A stretch of DNA of 62,382 nucleotides, filler included. It is 3 parts of 3 records of this genome, joined end to end, with 100 filler letters (N's around TTAATTAATTAA, not from the genome) between each part and the next. Parts side by side here need not be neighbours in the genome. Positions count along the whole stretch, not along the records: positions 1 to 28,170 come from DRR378314_1351; 2 more parts are not named here. One strand, written 5' to 3'. Position numbers and translations under genes: made by a program. The notes beneath the pieces were generated by a model. The model saw only the letters and a program-made list of their open reading frames with translations, was not told the DNA's origin and made no database searches. This document shows, piece after piece, positions 1 through 12,263 of the stretch (the first letter of the stretch is position 1; every line of letters starts with the position of its first letter).

Positions 1-3000
1 GCGTGCTGCCCGCGGACGGCGCGCCGGGCACTGCGGGACCGGCGTCCTCGCCTTCCCACGACTCTTCGTCGTCCGAGTCCTCCGGGAGCTCGCGGAGAGG
101 CGTGTCGAGGTCGAGCCCGTCAGGGACAGGGACCTTGCGCTGCGCCTTTGGCGCCACAGGCGGAAGGTCCTCCGCAATCGCATCCGTGAGCGCCTGCACG
201 AGCGTCGCATCGGCAGCCATCAGACGAGCCAGCTGCTGCACGGCAACAGCGCGCTCTTGCGCCTCCAAATGCTCCGAGTGCGCAAACGGCGCGAGCTGCT
301 CGGCGAGATCGGCAAATACAGCGTTCGCATTGTCGGCAGCTGGCGCTGCATCGGCATCGCCGCCCTCGGGCGCCACGGTCTCGTTCCGGCCGGCAAGCGC
401 GATCGACAACTTGAGCGCGCCCTGCACAAACACCGCTTGCACCGATCCAGGCAGCACATGCGCCGTCTCGTGCCGCAGCACATGGCTGAGAGCGGAGCGA
501 ATCGTTACCGACTCGATATCTTCCGCAGTTCCAAACTCGCCGCAGATAAACGCGGCGGCGTGCAGAACCTGGCACGCATTCGCCTGCTCTGTCTGCGCGC
601 GATACAGACGCTCGTCGCCAAGAAGGCGCAGAGAGGTAGCGACGGCAACGTTGCGAACGCCTTTGACGCGAACGGCGACATTGATCAGCTCGTCGCGGAT
701 CAGCACGCCGTGAACGTTGTTGGGCACAACAGCAAGGTCCGCAAGGACGCTTATGTACCACGCAAAGTCCGTCACGTGCACATAAGTACCCTGACAGCAT
801 GCTTGGACAACTTTTTCCACAAGTGTATTGCGGAACGCGCCGTCGGTGGTCCGGATATGGTTGACAATAAGCTGGATGATGTCCACTAGGTTGTCCTGCG
901 AAATCATTCCCGTGACAATATCAAGCGCTCGCAGACGGATCGTTCGGTCCGGATCGTCCAGGCATGACAGAATCGCGCTGCGGAACGGCGCAACAAGCGC
1001 CAGGCTGGTGCGCTGGAAGTTTCCGATGGCGACCAGCGCAAGGTAGCGCAGATTCTGATCCTTCGCCGATAGGAATTCACCGAGCTTCGACAGCGCAAGC
1101 TGAACGATCTGCTCGTGCTCCATCATGCCGTTCGACACCGTAACAATGCTTTCGTACAGCAGCGACTTGGCAGAGGTGTTGTTCATAATGTTGGAGACGG
1201 GTTTCACCAGTTTCTTGGAGAGACGGGGTTCCAGCGGGCACAGCACGCCAACCTGACCGCGGGAGACGGAAGCAACGGCGAGAACATGGCGCACCAGGTA
1301 TGAGCTCAGGGCTGAAGGCGCGTTCAGATGAGATGCAAGAGGTGCAAGCAGCGGGCGCGCGTTCTTCGGTTCGGAAATGAACTCTACTCCTGCACGACAT
1401 CCACCGAGAATCGCGACTTTCTTATTAATTTTCCCGTTCCTGTCGCACCCGCCTGCTCGCATGCGGCTAGGAAGGGGAAGCAGCCAGCTCGAAGCGGCCA
1501 CCAAGCGACGACCGTTGCCGGAACAGCAACAGCAATAACGTCCAGTACAGTTGCAACAGATACGATCGCCAACCGCACATCCAAAGCAGACAAGCACTAT
1601 GGAGCGTCTCCCACGTTTTGCGCCAGACCTTTCGTCATCTATGCGATCAGTGGTGTAGTGCCGTACCAGTTTCATGACCTTGATCAGCATCCAGTTGTTG
1701 GCGCTAGACGTGAGAATGCGGTAGAAAACGGGAGCGAGACCCAGATAGTTTTTCGGGTTCTTCCGAGCAAGCTCGCACACAACGTTTACCGCCGCGCACG
1801 CGACAGCTGCACCACGCACAAAAGCGCAGACGAAAAAGGGAAAATGAAAAGAGGAACGGGATCAGCAATACTCGTTGTGTGGCACAGAAACGAGGGTTAT
1901 TCGCCTACGCTGGCTTGGAGGAGGCACAACGCCGAGCGCGTCCCCATCGGTGTACAAAAGGCGCGCGCACGCACACGTTCACGCGGTCACGGAGAAAACG
2001 AGAAATGAATGCAACCGCTACGCTATCACCGACTCCGTTCCGACCGGGAGAAATAGCACAACCTAGGACTACCCACGGCAACTGCAAACAAATAAGAACG
2101 TGCGTCCTCTTCTGTGTATGTGCACGGATGGCCACCGAATATAGCCTCGCTTCAGGAGCATCTACGCCGGAGCTATTGCTTGGCCACTAATGCAAAAGGA
2201 CGACAAGCACCGACGGCGACTGCAGTTCTTGTTTCGTACTTGTCACGGACAACATTGTGACTCAGCATGACTTCCTTCAAGTACAAGATCACACAGCACT
2301 TCACTGGACCGCGCGGAGCACAATTCCATAAATATCGCGCAAATAAAACGGGAACGATCAACATACATGGGTTTTCTTCTTTCATTCGTTCCTGAATCGC
2401 CGCAAAGGACGGGCGAAGCGCATCCGGGAACTCGAGGAAAATGCGGAAGAGCGACAAGGTCGCTCGTTTGCGCACAGTTGGATCGCTGTGATCCGTGAGA
2501 CGCAACACATCCGCGACCACATCTCGCGCAAGATCTTCCGTCACAATGTTCGCGAGAGTATTCAACGCCAGGCAGCACTCGAAAGGATTCGGCGAATTCA
2601 ACTCCTGCAATACAGCATACCAACAACGCCAACGAAACAGAAACAAAATCGGATGCAGCAGCAGCGCACGGATGCAGCGTGCAGGCGAGCGGCGTGAGCA
2701 CTCCCGTGAGAACCACACCGCAGTGCCCGCTCGCAAAGCTCTACGAGAGGACCGTCTTCCGCGTTACGCGCTTACAAGGCTTTACAGAGGGCCTTCGCGA
2801 TGCATCGCCATCATAAAGTGTGAATAAAGAAAGCAAAAGGGGGGACGCAAAGAGAGAAAGGAAGAAACAAGCCTGCGCGCGCACTACGAAAGAACGACGA
2901 GCCACAGAGCACACGCAGTGGCACAGCGTTTCGCGAGTGCAAGCTGCACTGTGAGAACGCCAATCGAGCACTAAACATCCCAGCACCGGGCTTACCTTTT

Positions 3001-4281
3001 TCAAAAGGTTCGTGGTGAGCAAAATAACGTCCGTCGACTCGTCAAAGGTGAGAGAGGCAGCAAGATATCCAATCCGCTTGTGCGAGAACTTGGGCAAACT
3101 CATGCACTCGACAAACTGGAACGCTGCCCATGACACGTCGTACCCGAGCATATACAGCTGCAGAAGAGCGAGCGGTAAACACAATTCCATATTTTGTTAG
3201 CGTACTGACGATAAATGCTACACACACACACATTGCGCTGCACAGGTTGCTCCTACAATAGACGGAAAACGAAGAAGAGTTTGTAGTCGGCGGAGAAGCG
3301 CGCAGAACACGCGCGCTAGTACCAGAGAAGAACGGCGTTACGCCCAGGAAGATGCACATCGACCGTACTCACACCTCCCCGTCGCTTGAGCGCTTATTCC
3401 ACGCATACAAATCATAAAGCAACAATTGGCATCAAATGCCTTGCTCCTTGATATATGTACGGGAAAATGTCTATCGCCAATGGGTGACGTGCGCAAGACC
3501 GAGCGCGCGAGAGAGTGGAGAGCGCTCGCCTACTGGTGCCCAAGTGCGCTAGACTGCAGCCAAAGCTGCCAACGGCGAAAGAAGCGCGTATATGTTCTCA
3601 ACTCGATTCGCGCCACAAGTACATTTCTTTCTATATATTGTGATTTATATTGCGGAACGAATATTTCGGGTGTAGCAGGGTAAGAGAGGCGGTTCTGTGC
3701 AGCTGGCGCGAGGTGCGCCGCCGCGGGGCGCGCCAAAGCCGCAAAGGGGCCCCAACGAAGCGCGGAAACCAAGCAAACGTGGCTCCTGCCGCCGCAAGGC
3801 GGCCTCCCGCGGGGTGCGGGTGACGATAATCCACTGAATATTTGGATCGCATTGTTTCCAAGAGAGTGAATTTGAAGTACTAATCGTTATAACCAAAAGA
3901 AATTATTGGTGCTGCGCGGCTCGCGGCGGAGGAGGGCGCAAGGCGGCGCGACAGGGTACGGCGCGGCGTCTCAGAGCGGCAGAGAGGCGCGCGCACCTCG
4001 TCACACCAGCACGTGCGGCGCGCCGCGCGGAGCGCGCAAGGACAGCGTGCGCGCCCTCCACAACATTTAGAGCAAAGCAACGCCGCTAGATATTCTTTTT
4101 CCGCACCCGATCATTCCAAACATACATAAGTAAGCTTGAGAACCGCCTGCGACTTGAGCTTCGGGTTGGTTGTTCTCAGCTCGGTTTTGATCTCCTCCAT
4201 GCAGCGGGCGATGTACTCCGCTTCATCGCGCTTGTGGGCGCGAATTCCCTTGATCAGGTCACCGAGTGACTTTTCAAACAT
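1..4281 (-). CDS. AP3D1: AP-3 complex subunit delta (delta-adaptin), spliced, 3' part runs off the window
   Basis: Phase-consistent GT-AG exons: 4126-4281, 2996-3157, 2367-2604, 1667-1806, <1-1252. Translation MFEKSLGDLIKGIRAHKRDEAEYIARCMEEIK...LKLTY/LYMLGYDVSWAAF...KRIGYLAAS...AAVNVVCELARKNPKNYL...PLEPRLSKKL...PVAPKAQRKVPVPDGLDLD matches delta-adaptin hallmarks. Confidence 0.95.
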
Positions 4282-5072
4282 ATTTCAAGCAAACCAATAC
4301 ACGCTTCGTATGACTGAGCGAACGTCGAATGTGTAAAACACGCCAATCTTCCCGGAAAGAACCGCGCGGCAGAGACTACGCCGAACCGAAACCAGCGCAG
4401 CGGGGCGGAAAGCAAGAGAGCCGTGGAAACGCAAAGGCCGTCTTGTCGCACCGGCGCGCGGAAGTTCCGGGATGAGCCCTAGTCCAATGGCCAAAAATCC
4501 ATAGCCCTACCACCCGGTGGCACGTCCGCTGCGGCGCCGCGGCTGTTCTGTGCGCGCGCACGACTCCCTATGCTTCCAGAGCGTTACTCTTTCGGCGCAA
4601 AGATACGCAATCTGTGCAAGGAAAAGCGTGGTGAGCGAAGAGAGGATCAGCGCACGGCATACCATTGCTGCAAAGGGACGGCACCGTGTTTCATCAGCTG
4701 CCGCTAGCCGCGCCCTGTTCCTCGGCGAAGCAGGCCGGCGTTCTACCCCACGGAGTTGTATTTTAAATCATACGCGACTCTGAGCATCCATACCAGCGGT
4801 AAAGCTGTAGAGCAAAACTGTGCCTAGCGTGCGACGACAAAGTGAGCGAGCGCAATCCACCAGTCAGGAACTTGGTCGCCGACGCTTGGGCAGACGGAAC
4901 TGAGAAAGCAACGGCAAAGCGTCTCCCGCCCTTGCCAGGGCTGCAACAAAGTCAGGGTTCGACAGCGCTCGCCCGCTTTACGTGCATACTGGGTGTGTTA
5001 GCGTCAAACACAGAGGCCATCCCGCTCGACATGAGAGAGCGCAGCCGGCCGCTGCACGCACGTCTCTGCACC

Positions 5073-8000
5073 CTACGAAGTCTGCACCGATCCGACTCTG
5101 CTCGCGTACTGGATATCCTCGACCAGACGCTCCATATGCTTCGAGAAAGAGGGTGAATCCGTATCGCACCCGACGCTGCGAAGCAGATGCTGTAAAACGC
5201 AGAGATATGCGAAAGTACGTTACTGTCTCGTAAGCGTCGGCGCGCAAAGAGAGGCGCAGAATGCAACGATCTGCTCGCGCGCTGCTCGCAATGCACCTTG
5301 ACGACGTACCTCGCGCTGCTGCTGGTCGAGTGTCGAATGGTCTTGCAGGAACTGTGGTAAATACGAGCCATAAAACGATGCAAAGTCTACGGATGCCACG
5401 TTGTACAGGGTGGTAAGTAACTCTTCGCGCAGAATGTCGTGGCTTCCACCGAACAGACTCACTAGCAGCCGTGTGAGCATATCTTGAGCAACGTCTTGGA
5501 TGAACTCGGTTCGCTTGTACAGCCGCTGCACTGCTCCGAGGCGATTCATCCTGCAGACGCAACAGGAAGCATCGCAGCACAACACACCCACGAAAGAATA
5601 TTAGTAGAGCCCGCACGAGAACAAGTTCCTTCGCGAATGCGCATATGCGAAGGGACATGGTGGTGGTAGTCGGCACTGTGGTCAGCCAGGCGTGCACCAT
5701 ACGCAATGGGACACCTCTAGGTGTACGCACGGCGCAGTGCAGTCGCGAGCAGGACGTGCAGCGCTGCGCCAGATCTCTTCTGGCACCGCAGCTTCCACCC
5801 TCCACCTACTGCTTCAAAGAAGCACGTTTCCAAGGAAACGCGCCTTCTGTGCAGAACACTACAAGCGCATTCAGACGGAAATAAACTTATGCGTGCTCTG
5901 TACAATGTGGTGGCCACTGCGATCCACTATCGCTTGGAGAAGCAGCCGGTGCGACATCTGTGATCCCTACCACTCCCTTGCAACACGCACAGCCGCTGCA
6001 CAACGTCCGCCGCCTTTCCGAGAGGACCATCGAAAATTCACGGCATATCAAAAGATGCAAAGCGGAGAAGCTGATGCAAAGTGCTGCAACAGTTTGGGTT
6101 TGGCCACGGCCGCGTTCCTCGCGTTTCACGCTGCGGCAGCGTACGCACCCTGCCAACACGCTACGCACTGTGTCCAGGTCAGCATCGGAAATGGCGGAGC
6201 TGAGCGACTGCAGCGATGTTGCAAGTAAATGCCTTCGCGATGGGTCCGAAACAAAGTACGACCAATGTTGCAGTAATGCTTCGACCAGTATTGCAGCTGC
6301 GCGTCGACGGAGAAGCGCATGGTCGACCGACCCGGTCGTCTGCTGCAGAATTCCACGCGCACACATGTCGACTGTGGGGGGGAGGAATCCCTCGTATGCG
6401 CTTCCGGGATCACCGACAACGCTCTGTAGCGCCGAGAGAACGCTGCTTAGCGTCCGGCCCGCAGCCGACGTTCGTGCCAGTACAGCCTCGCGCAACCGAT
6501 CCCCCTGCAGTACGTCCAGTCCCACGAGAACGCTGACCGAGCGGGGCGCGGGCAACGGGAATCGTGAGTGCGCAACCATGACAGATGTTGAGTCGCAGAG
6601 GAAGAAGAAAAGAAAAGAAACCGAGTTGGCATACAAGAAAAAAATGATATCATCAGGACTCGTACCCGTAAGTTGCAGGGGCTCACAGAATGGTGTGCGC
6701 GAGACACCTGAGGGCAAGACAAGTAAACCATATTCGGAAAAAAGAGAAGCACACCATCACATTGCGGCAGAGCGCATGTGCCGTGTATGGACTCACCTCA
6801 GCATGTCCCGCGCAGCGTCATTTCCGAGCTGTCGTCGGCAGGAGACCAGAGCGCGTTCCAGTGCGCGCGCAAAGAGTGCAATGCCATCGGACCCGCTCTG
6901 CCGCATAGCATTTACGCACGCGTCCAGCGCAGGACGAGCTGCAGCAGCAACAGCGGCCCTGCACTGCGTCGACTCCTCGGCGACCGCGTCGAGTGCCACA
7001 ACAATCATGTCCACCACCGAGCTCTCCATGACAGATGGGCTGTTCGCAATCGGGTGGATCTCGGCCTGGATCGGACGCATCCACTCACACAGTACCGCAG
7101 TGCGCTCTTTCCACTGTGCGGCGTCACTGAAGACTCCTTGCGGAGGAATGAGTGCCAATAGGACTGCGCCGCGGAGAAGGACGCGCCACCCTTCCTCTTC
7201 CATTGGATCTGCGCTTCCCGGGCCTCGGTCCATCACGAGTTGTAAAAAGGGCGCTGCAGTTGATCCGTTTTCGAAAGGAAGATTTGCGCGCTGTGCAATG
7301 AGAGAGACCACACGCGCGGCACTCGAGGTCGCGGACGCGGCGGCAGTACCGCGTCCGTTTCGAGCGCTCACTCCGTTACCGCGCAGAACAGACTGCACAC
7401 ACTCCAAGAGCGCGCGCACGACCTGCACACGCTCTTCCTGCGCGAGAGCCACGACGACATCCCCAAAGCACACTATCGTTCCAAACGCCGCAGCGGCAAC
7501 GTCCAAGTATTCTACATTGTGTCCGAACGTCCCTGCCATATTGTTCACCACAGCCAGCAGCTGGATTAGCGCAGCGCGCTCGTCCGGGCCGCCGCAAACC
7601 GCGAGCTCCGCAGCCATCCTGCCGGTAAGGTGCAGCATCGCCCGAGTATCCAATTTCTGTACATCGTTCAAGGGCCCAGATGCTACCATGTGACTATGCA
7701 CCATTGGTAAAACTGATCTTGCGACCTCTTGTGGGAACAAGTGAGCGCACATGGCGGCAACATTGGCGTGGAGCTGCCAAAACTGCGCGAGCTCCGTTCC
7801 GGCAGTCAGCTCATCGGTGCCTCCCACGACACGTTCGTCATCGAGTTCTTCGAGGCATGCGCCATTGCGACTCATCAGCATACGCTCTGCAACATGACCG
7901 GCGAGAGCCAGCAGCCCGCCCTGATACGGTGCGGACGGGTTCGCCGCTCCCACGGCAGATGCGCCAGCTTCGCGGTCGGGACCAAACAACTGCTCGCGCA

Positions 8001-9784
8001 TCACCAGGTAGTCCAGCAGCGCTTTCCAGCTGTGGATAAACGCCAACTCTGTCTCTGCGTGCTGCTGTATAATCGTGAGCTGAAACAAGAGACCAAGAAA
8101 ATCCAGCAGTGGGAACGAGGCATTTCCCTCTATCCGATGGACGTGCGCAGAGAGGAAGCTCGTGACCAGCTGAGCCACTTTTCCCGTAAAGTCGTCGACC
8201 GAGTTCGCGCCTGCATTTTCTTGCACCAGTGCGCGTAGCATCTCGTGCATGCAGTTGAATATCAAGCGAAGGAACTCTTCAAATTGCTGCGGCACGCAGT
8301 TCCGGGTCAGAAGCTCGTTTACGCAGCCAAGTGCCGCAGTGCCAACCGTTCCGCGCTGAGTAACTAAAGCAAGCAGTTGCTGAACCGTCTCCAACGTGAT
8401 ATGTGCAGACAGCTCTGCCCACGAGAGAAAGTCGCCGACCACGTCAAGGGACATCGAAACCTGCGGGGCAGACGCGTGCTGCCCGTGAGCAAGCGCGATG
8501 AGCGCAGGAAGGATATCGCTCACGTATGAGCTCACCGCGCGCCGAATTTCCGGTGTGCTCCGCCCGCCGCTCCCCGATGCCACATGCGATAGGCAGCGCA
8601 GCGCGTCAATGGCAAACGCGCTCCCGCGGCCACCGGGAGAAGAGCGCATGTCCTGCACGCACGCTTCGCATATCTGGGCTACCGCATTCGCAGAATCAAA
8701 TACGGCCATATCAACCACGACTTGCGCAACTTTGGACCTCGTCGAAATACAGAGCTCTGCGCCGTTGTCGCGGGCAAACTGCCACAGTGCAGCGCGCAAA
8801 TTTTGCTGCATAGTGCACGATTTCGGAAAGGGAAAGCAGAAAAGGCACGGAGGGGCAGAGGTGCGCACAGCAACGAAACACGAACGTCACAGTGAACAAA
8901 ACCGAGAGGGAGGAAAGACAAACACAGCAAAGAAAGAAAGCAGGAAAAGAAGAAAAATACAAGCACACGACAGTAATCATCCAGCACAGCGAGCGACCAT
9001 AGCCCTCTCCTTCTCCTTCCACAAAATTGTACAGCTCCATAATAATGCCACAAACACGTTGACAAGCATCGCGTCTAGCGCCCACATAGCTTCGTACTTT
9101 GGTATCGCCATCTGCACCAGCATACGCGGTGGGCGTCAATTTCTCAAACGCCGACAGCGCGAGAAGCTGCACAGAAGGGTCTCTCGATGATGTCAAGACG
9201 CTGTGTGCCGCCTGCAAATTTAGACTGTCACGTAATGCGCTGACCTCTTGCTCTGTAGAACAGCAGCACGTGTCCGAGAATAACATGGGAGAAAAATGGC
9301 GTTCTTGTCAGTGTCACTGCTCTGCTGTCGCTTCTTTCTAGCGAGCGGGCGCGCCTGGCCACTATGTGCCGTCGACACCAATACAGCTACACATTGTCTT
9401 GTCACACCCTCGAACCAAGACAGTACGACCACATGCACTTCGTTGCTTGAGCCTTTGTCGATTGCCTTTGGTATGCAGCCGTGCGAGCCGCAAACACGAG
9501 CTCAGCTTGCAGTGACGACAAATGCCTACCGCAGCACTACATTCTTCATTGGTGCTTGCGGTGGTGGAGCTCCTGCTGCTTGCCTTTGCCACTGGCAGCA
9601 AACCGAGAAGGGAAGGGAGAAAGAAAAGAAAAAAAGACACCGGAGACGCTGGCCAGGACCGTGCCTCGTATCGATACGTACCGAGAGCAATGCGCCGCTC
9701 GTAAGGCGTGGCAGCGCTCTGTACTTCGGCAAGCAGCGACGCGACCCGCTGCACCTCATCGTGAACAGGAGCGCCGCTGCCGCT
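5073..9784 (-). CDS. XPO6: Exportin-6 (importin-beta/HEAT family nuclear export receptor), spliced; start exon not located
   Basis: Phase-consistent exons 9682-9784, 9098-9252, 6797-8805, 6149-6532, 5310-5550, 5073-5189 (about 1000 aa). Motifs ALGCVNELLTRNCVPQQFEEFL, HVHRIEGNASFPLLDFLGLLFQLT, SHDILREELLTTLYNVASVDF and DSPSFSKHMERLVEDI correspond to conserved XPO6 segments as I recall them. Confidence 0.85.
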
Positions 9785-12263
9785 CTACACAAGCAGCGAA
9801 CGCGAACAGTGCGCTCTGCGTAAGTACAGCGGCAGCTCGAGGAGGGCTCTGTGAAATGCACTGGGCAATTTCGCGTTCAATCTGAGCTTGGTCGCGCCCT
9901 TTCTGCCTTCTCAACCACGGTGCATTGGTTACAGTCGTTTCAGAGAGAACCATTTTCAAAGTGAGAGATCGCTGCAGAAGCCAGCAATTGCTAAAGGCGC
10001 GAGCACAACGAACAAACTCCTCGCGACCGCACGGCGAAAAGTGCACCGGGCACTCACCGCCGTGCGGCAGGCTGCCGTCCGTCACAGCTGCTGCACAACG
10101 GCCGCCTTTGACAACGCCACTCCCCATATCGAATTCGCACGGTGAATACAAAGGGGTATACTCCATAAGAACATATGATTCCATTTGGTTACTTAGGAAG
10201 CACTCAAGGCGCGGAGCTGGCGGAGACGCACTTGCGAGGCGCGAGAGAGCAAGAAGAGCCGCGCACGCGCTCGTTGGAGCATTCCTGTGGAGCGGCGCCT
10301 CCGGGAACCCGCAAAGAGCGCCCGCCTGCAGAGTGCTCCGGTGTCTCCAGCTTGCGCGCTCCCCAGCAAACGTTCCGAAATTTGCAGGCGTAACAGGATG
10401 GATAAGTGTCGTAACGCAGCATACCTGCATCGTACAGAAAAGGCTCTGCAGAAGGCGCCCGCACGGAACAAAGCGCGAGGCCGCAAACACGCTGGAATCC
10501 AGGCTCCGGAGTGGCACCGCAGAGTTCACCGAAGCATTACAGTGCAACACACCAGGGAGGTGGGGAGAAACACGAAACCTAGTATGTAAGCCATTGCATC
10601 ATCGAGCAGACCCTGTGCGGCCGTCTCTGCTCGATATCCTGGACGTACCGCGAATGCAACCTCCCTGTAGCAACACTACAAGCCTGTGAATTTATACTTA
10701 TGAACCTGCACTCCAAATAACGTCGGAAAGTGTGGGAGCTGTTGCTATTCCTCGGGTGTTGGATTGGTTGCCGCGCGAGAGGCTCCATAACAATCCGCGC
10801 CCTAGTTTGCGAGGCCTGGAGCACAAGCCTGCCCTTGAGCGCAGAGAGAGCTCCGTGATAGCCTCTACTTTCGTCCCGCATTCCTTGAACCAAGAGCCTT
10901 GCCGCGCATCTTGGCGAAGCCACCCGTGTTTGACAAGGTGTGTCCTTTTGTTTTGTGCCACACTGCGTCTGAACCATTGAGCATATTCTGGGAGCATCGG
11001 TATTGCCTTTCATGTATTGTATCTTGTGCGGTGAACAAGGAGAAACGATGGGTGCTTTTGTGCTTCAAGCGCACGTGGAACAGACTGCCCCGTCGGTTCT
11101 CGCCCGTGGAGTGTGCATGGTTCCACGCAAGTGACGTCGGAAGGACTGCTCTCTGTGCAGCGTCGCGCGCCCATCGGTGCTGTTCCGTGTCCACAGAATG
11201 CCTCCTTCCCGTAGCATTTTCCGCGTCGTCATTTGCCAAATGCTAAGCGCGGTGAAAGTGCTTATCACTACAATGTTTCCCTGCTAACTGGGCGTTTTTC
11301 GCATACCCTGATACGGGCGTGCAGGAATTTCGGAAGCTTGTCGGAACGGCGGTGCTGAGATACACGAGCGGAAGCTGCAAGCGTTCGCTGCATTGCAAGT
11401 GGAGCGAAAACCCATACCGAGAGTTGTGCGCTCGCGTTTGTGTCTGTTTGGCTCGAAGCTCTTGCTAGGCGGACCGCTGTGGACCAGCAGATATGGCCAA
11501 CAACGATATGCAAAATGCGGTACGATGCATTTGGTGTGCTCAGTGGGATCGCTGCGGCAATGATTCCCCGTTTGCTGTGCGCGCCGTCGCAGCAACTGGA
11601 GCCAGTGCTACAGGGACGGCTTGTATTGCTCTTTGCGTGCTGACACTGCACACAGATACTCGTTTCTCACACACGCGCTCGCACGCTGCGCGACCGTCAC
11701 TTGCGCTGGCGTCCGCGCTTGCCGGAACCTCTTAGTCGCTCGCCCGACGCAGAGCGCTTCGCGACCACCCTCTGCTGCCGCGCTCGTGATCTTGTCGCTA
11801 CATATTTTCTGTCAAGAACCATTGTTTCCGTGCTGTAAAACCCCTTCAATGAGTTTTTGATTAGCGCCGCGTTTGAATCCTCGCAACGGAACCGCTGTTG
11901 CGAAGGTGTGCCGGCTGCGCGCGCGCCCCAGCGCCTCGTTGCCCCTGCGCTGCCCTAGCTCTGCTGCGCTGTCCGCGCGTTCGCCGGCCCCCCCGAACTA
12001 GTGCGCTTCCGTATCATCGCCGCCGTCGCAGTATTGCCCCCGCACGCCGGGCGCGCTTTTGTATGCATGAATTTGATCGTTTTGTGGATCAAACACTCGC
12101 GTGCACACGGAGGTGGCGGCAGCTTTTAGTTACGCGCGCGCACCTTGCAAGGAGGAGAGGAACACGCGGTGCGCGGAGCCACCTCGGGCGCAAGCCCTCC
12201 TCGCCTTGACGCTCACTTCGCTACGGCTCGCACTGCCTTGTGTGGTGGACTGTTGTGCGGCGC

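Noticed and set aside
3-889. Several 200+ aa ORFs at the window start
   Set aside because: Alternative frames over the AP3D1 exon; the true minus frame is missing from the track because it has no stop within the window.
5960-7693. 577-aa plus-strand ORF
   Set aside because: Antisense shadow of XPO6 exons in GC-rich DNA; no recognisable motifs.
9800-12200. Possible extra gene between XPO6 and USP7
   Set aside because: I could not build a phase-consistent exon chain or recognise a domain; treated as divergent promoter, UTR and intron sequence, though a small gene is not excluded.
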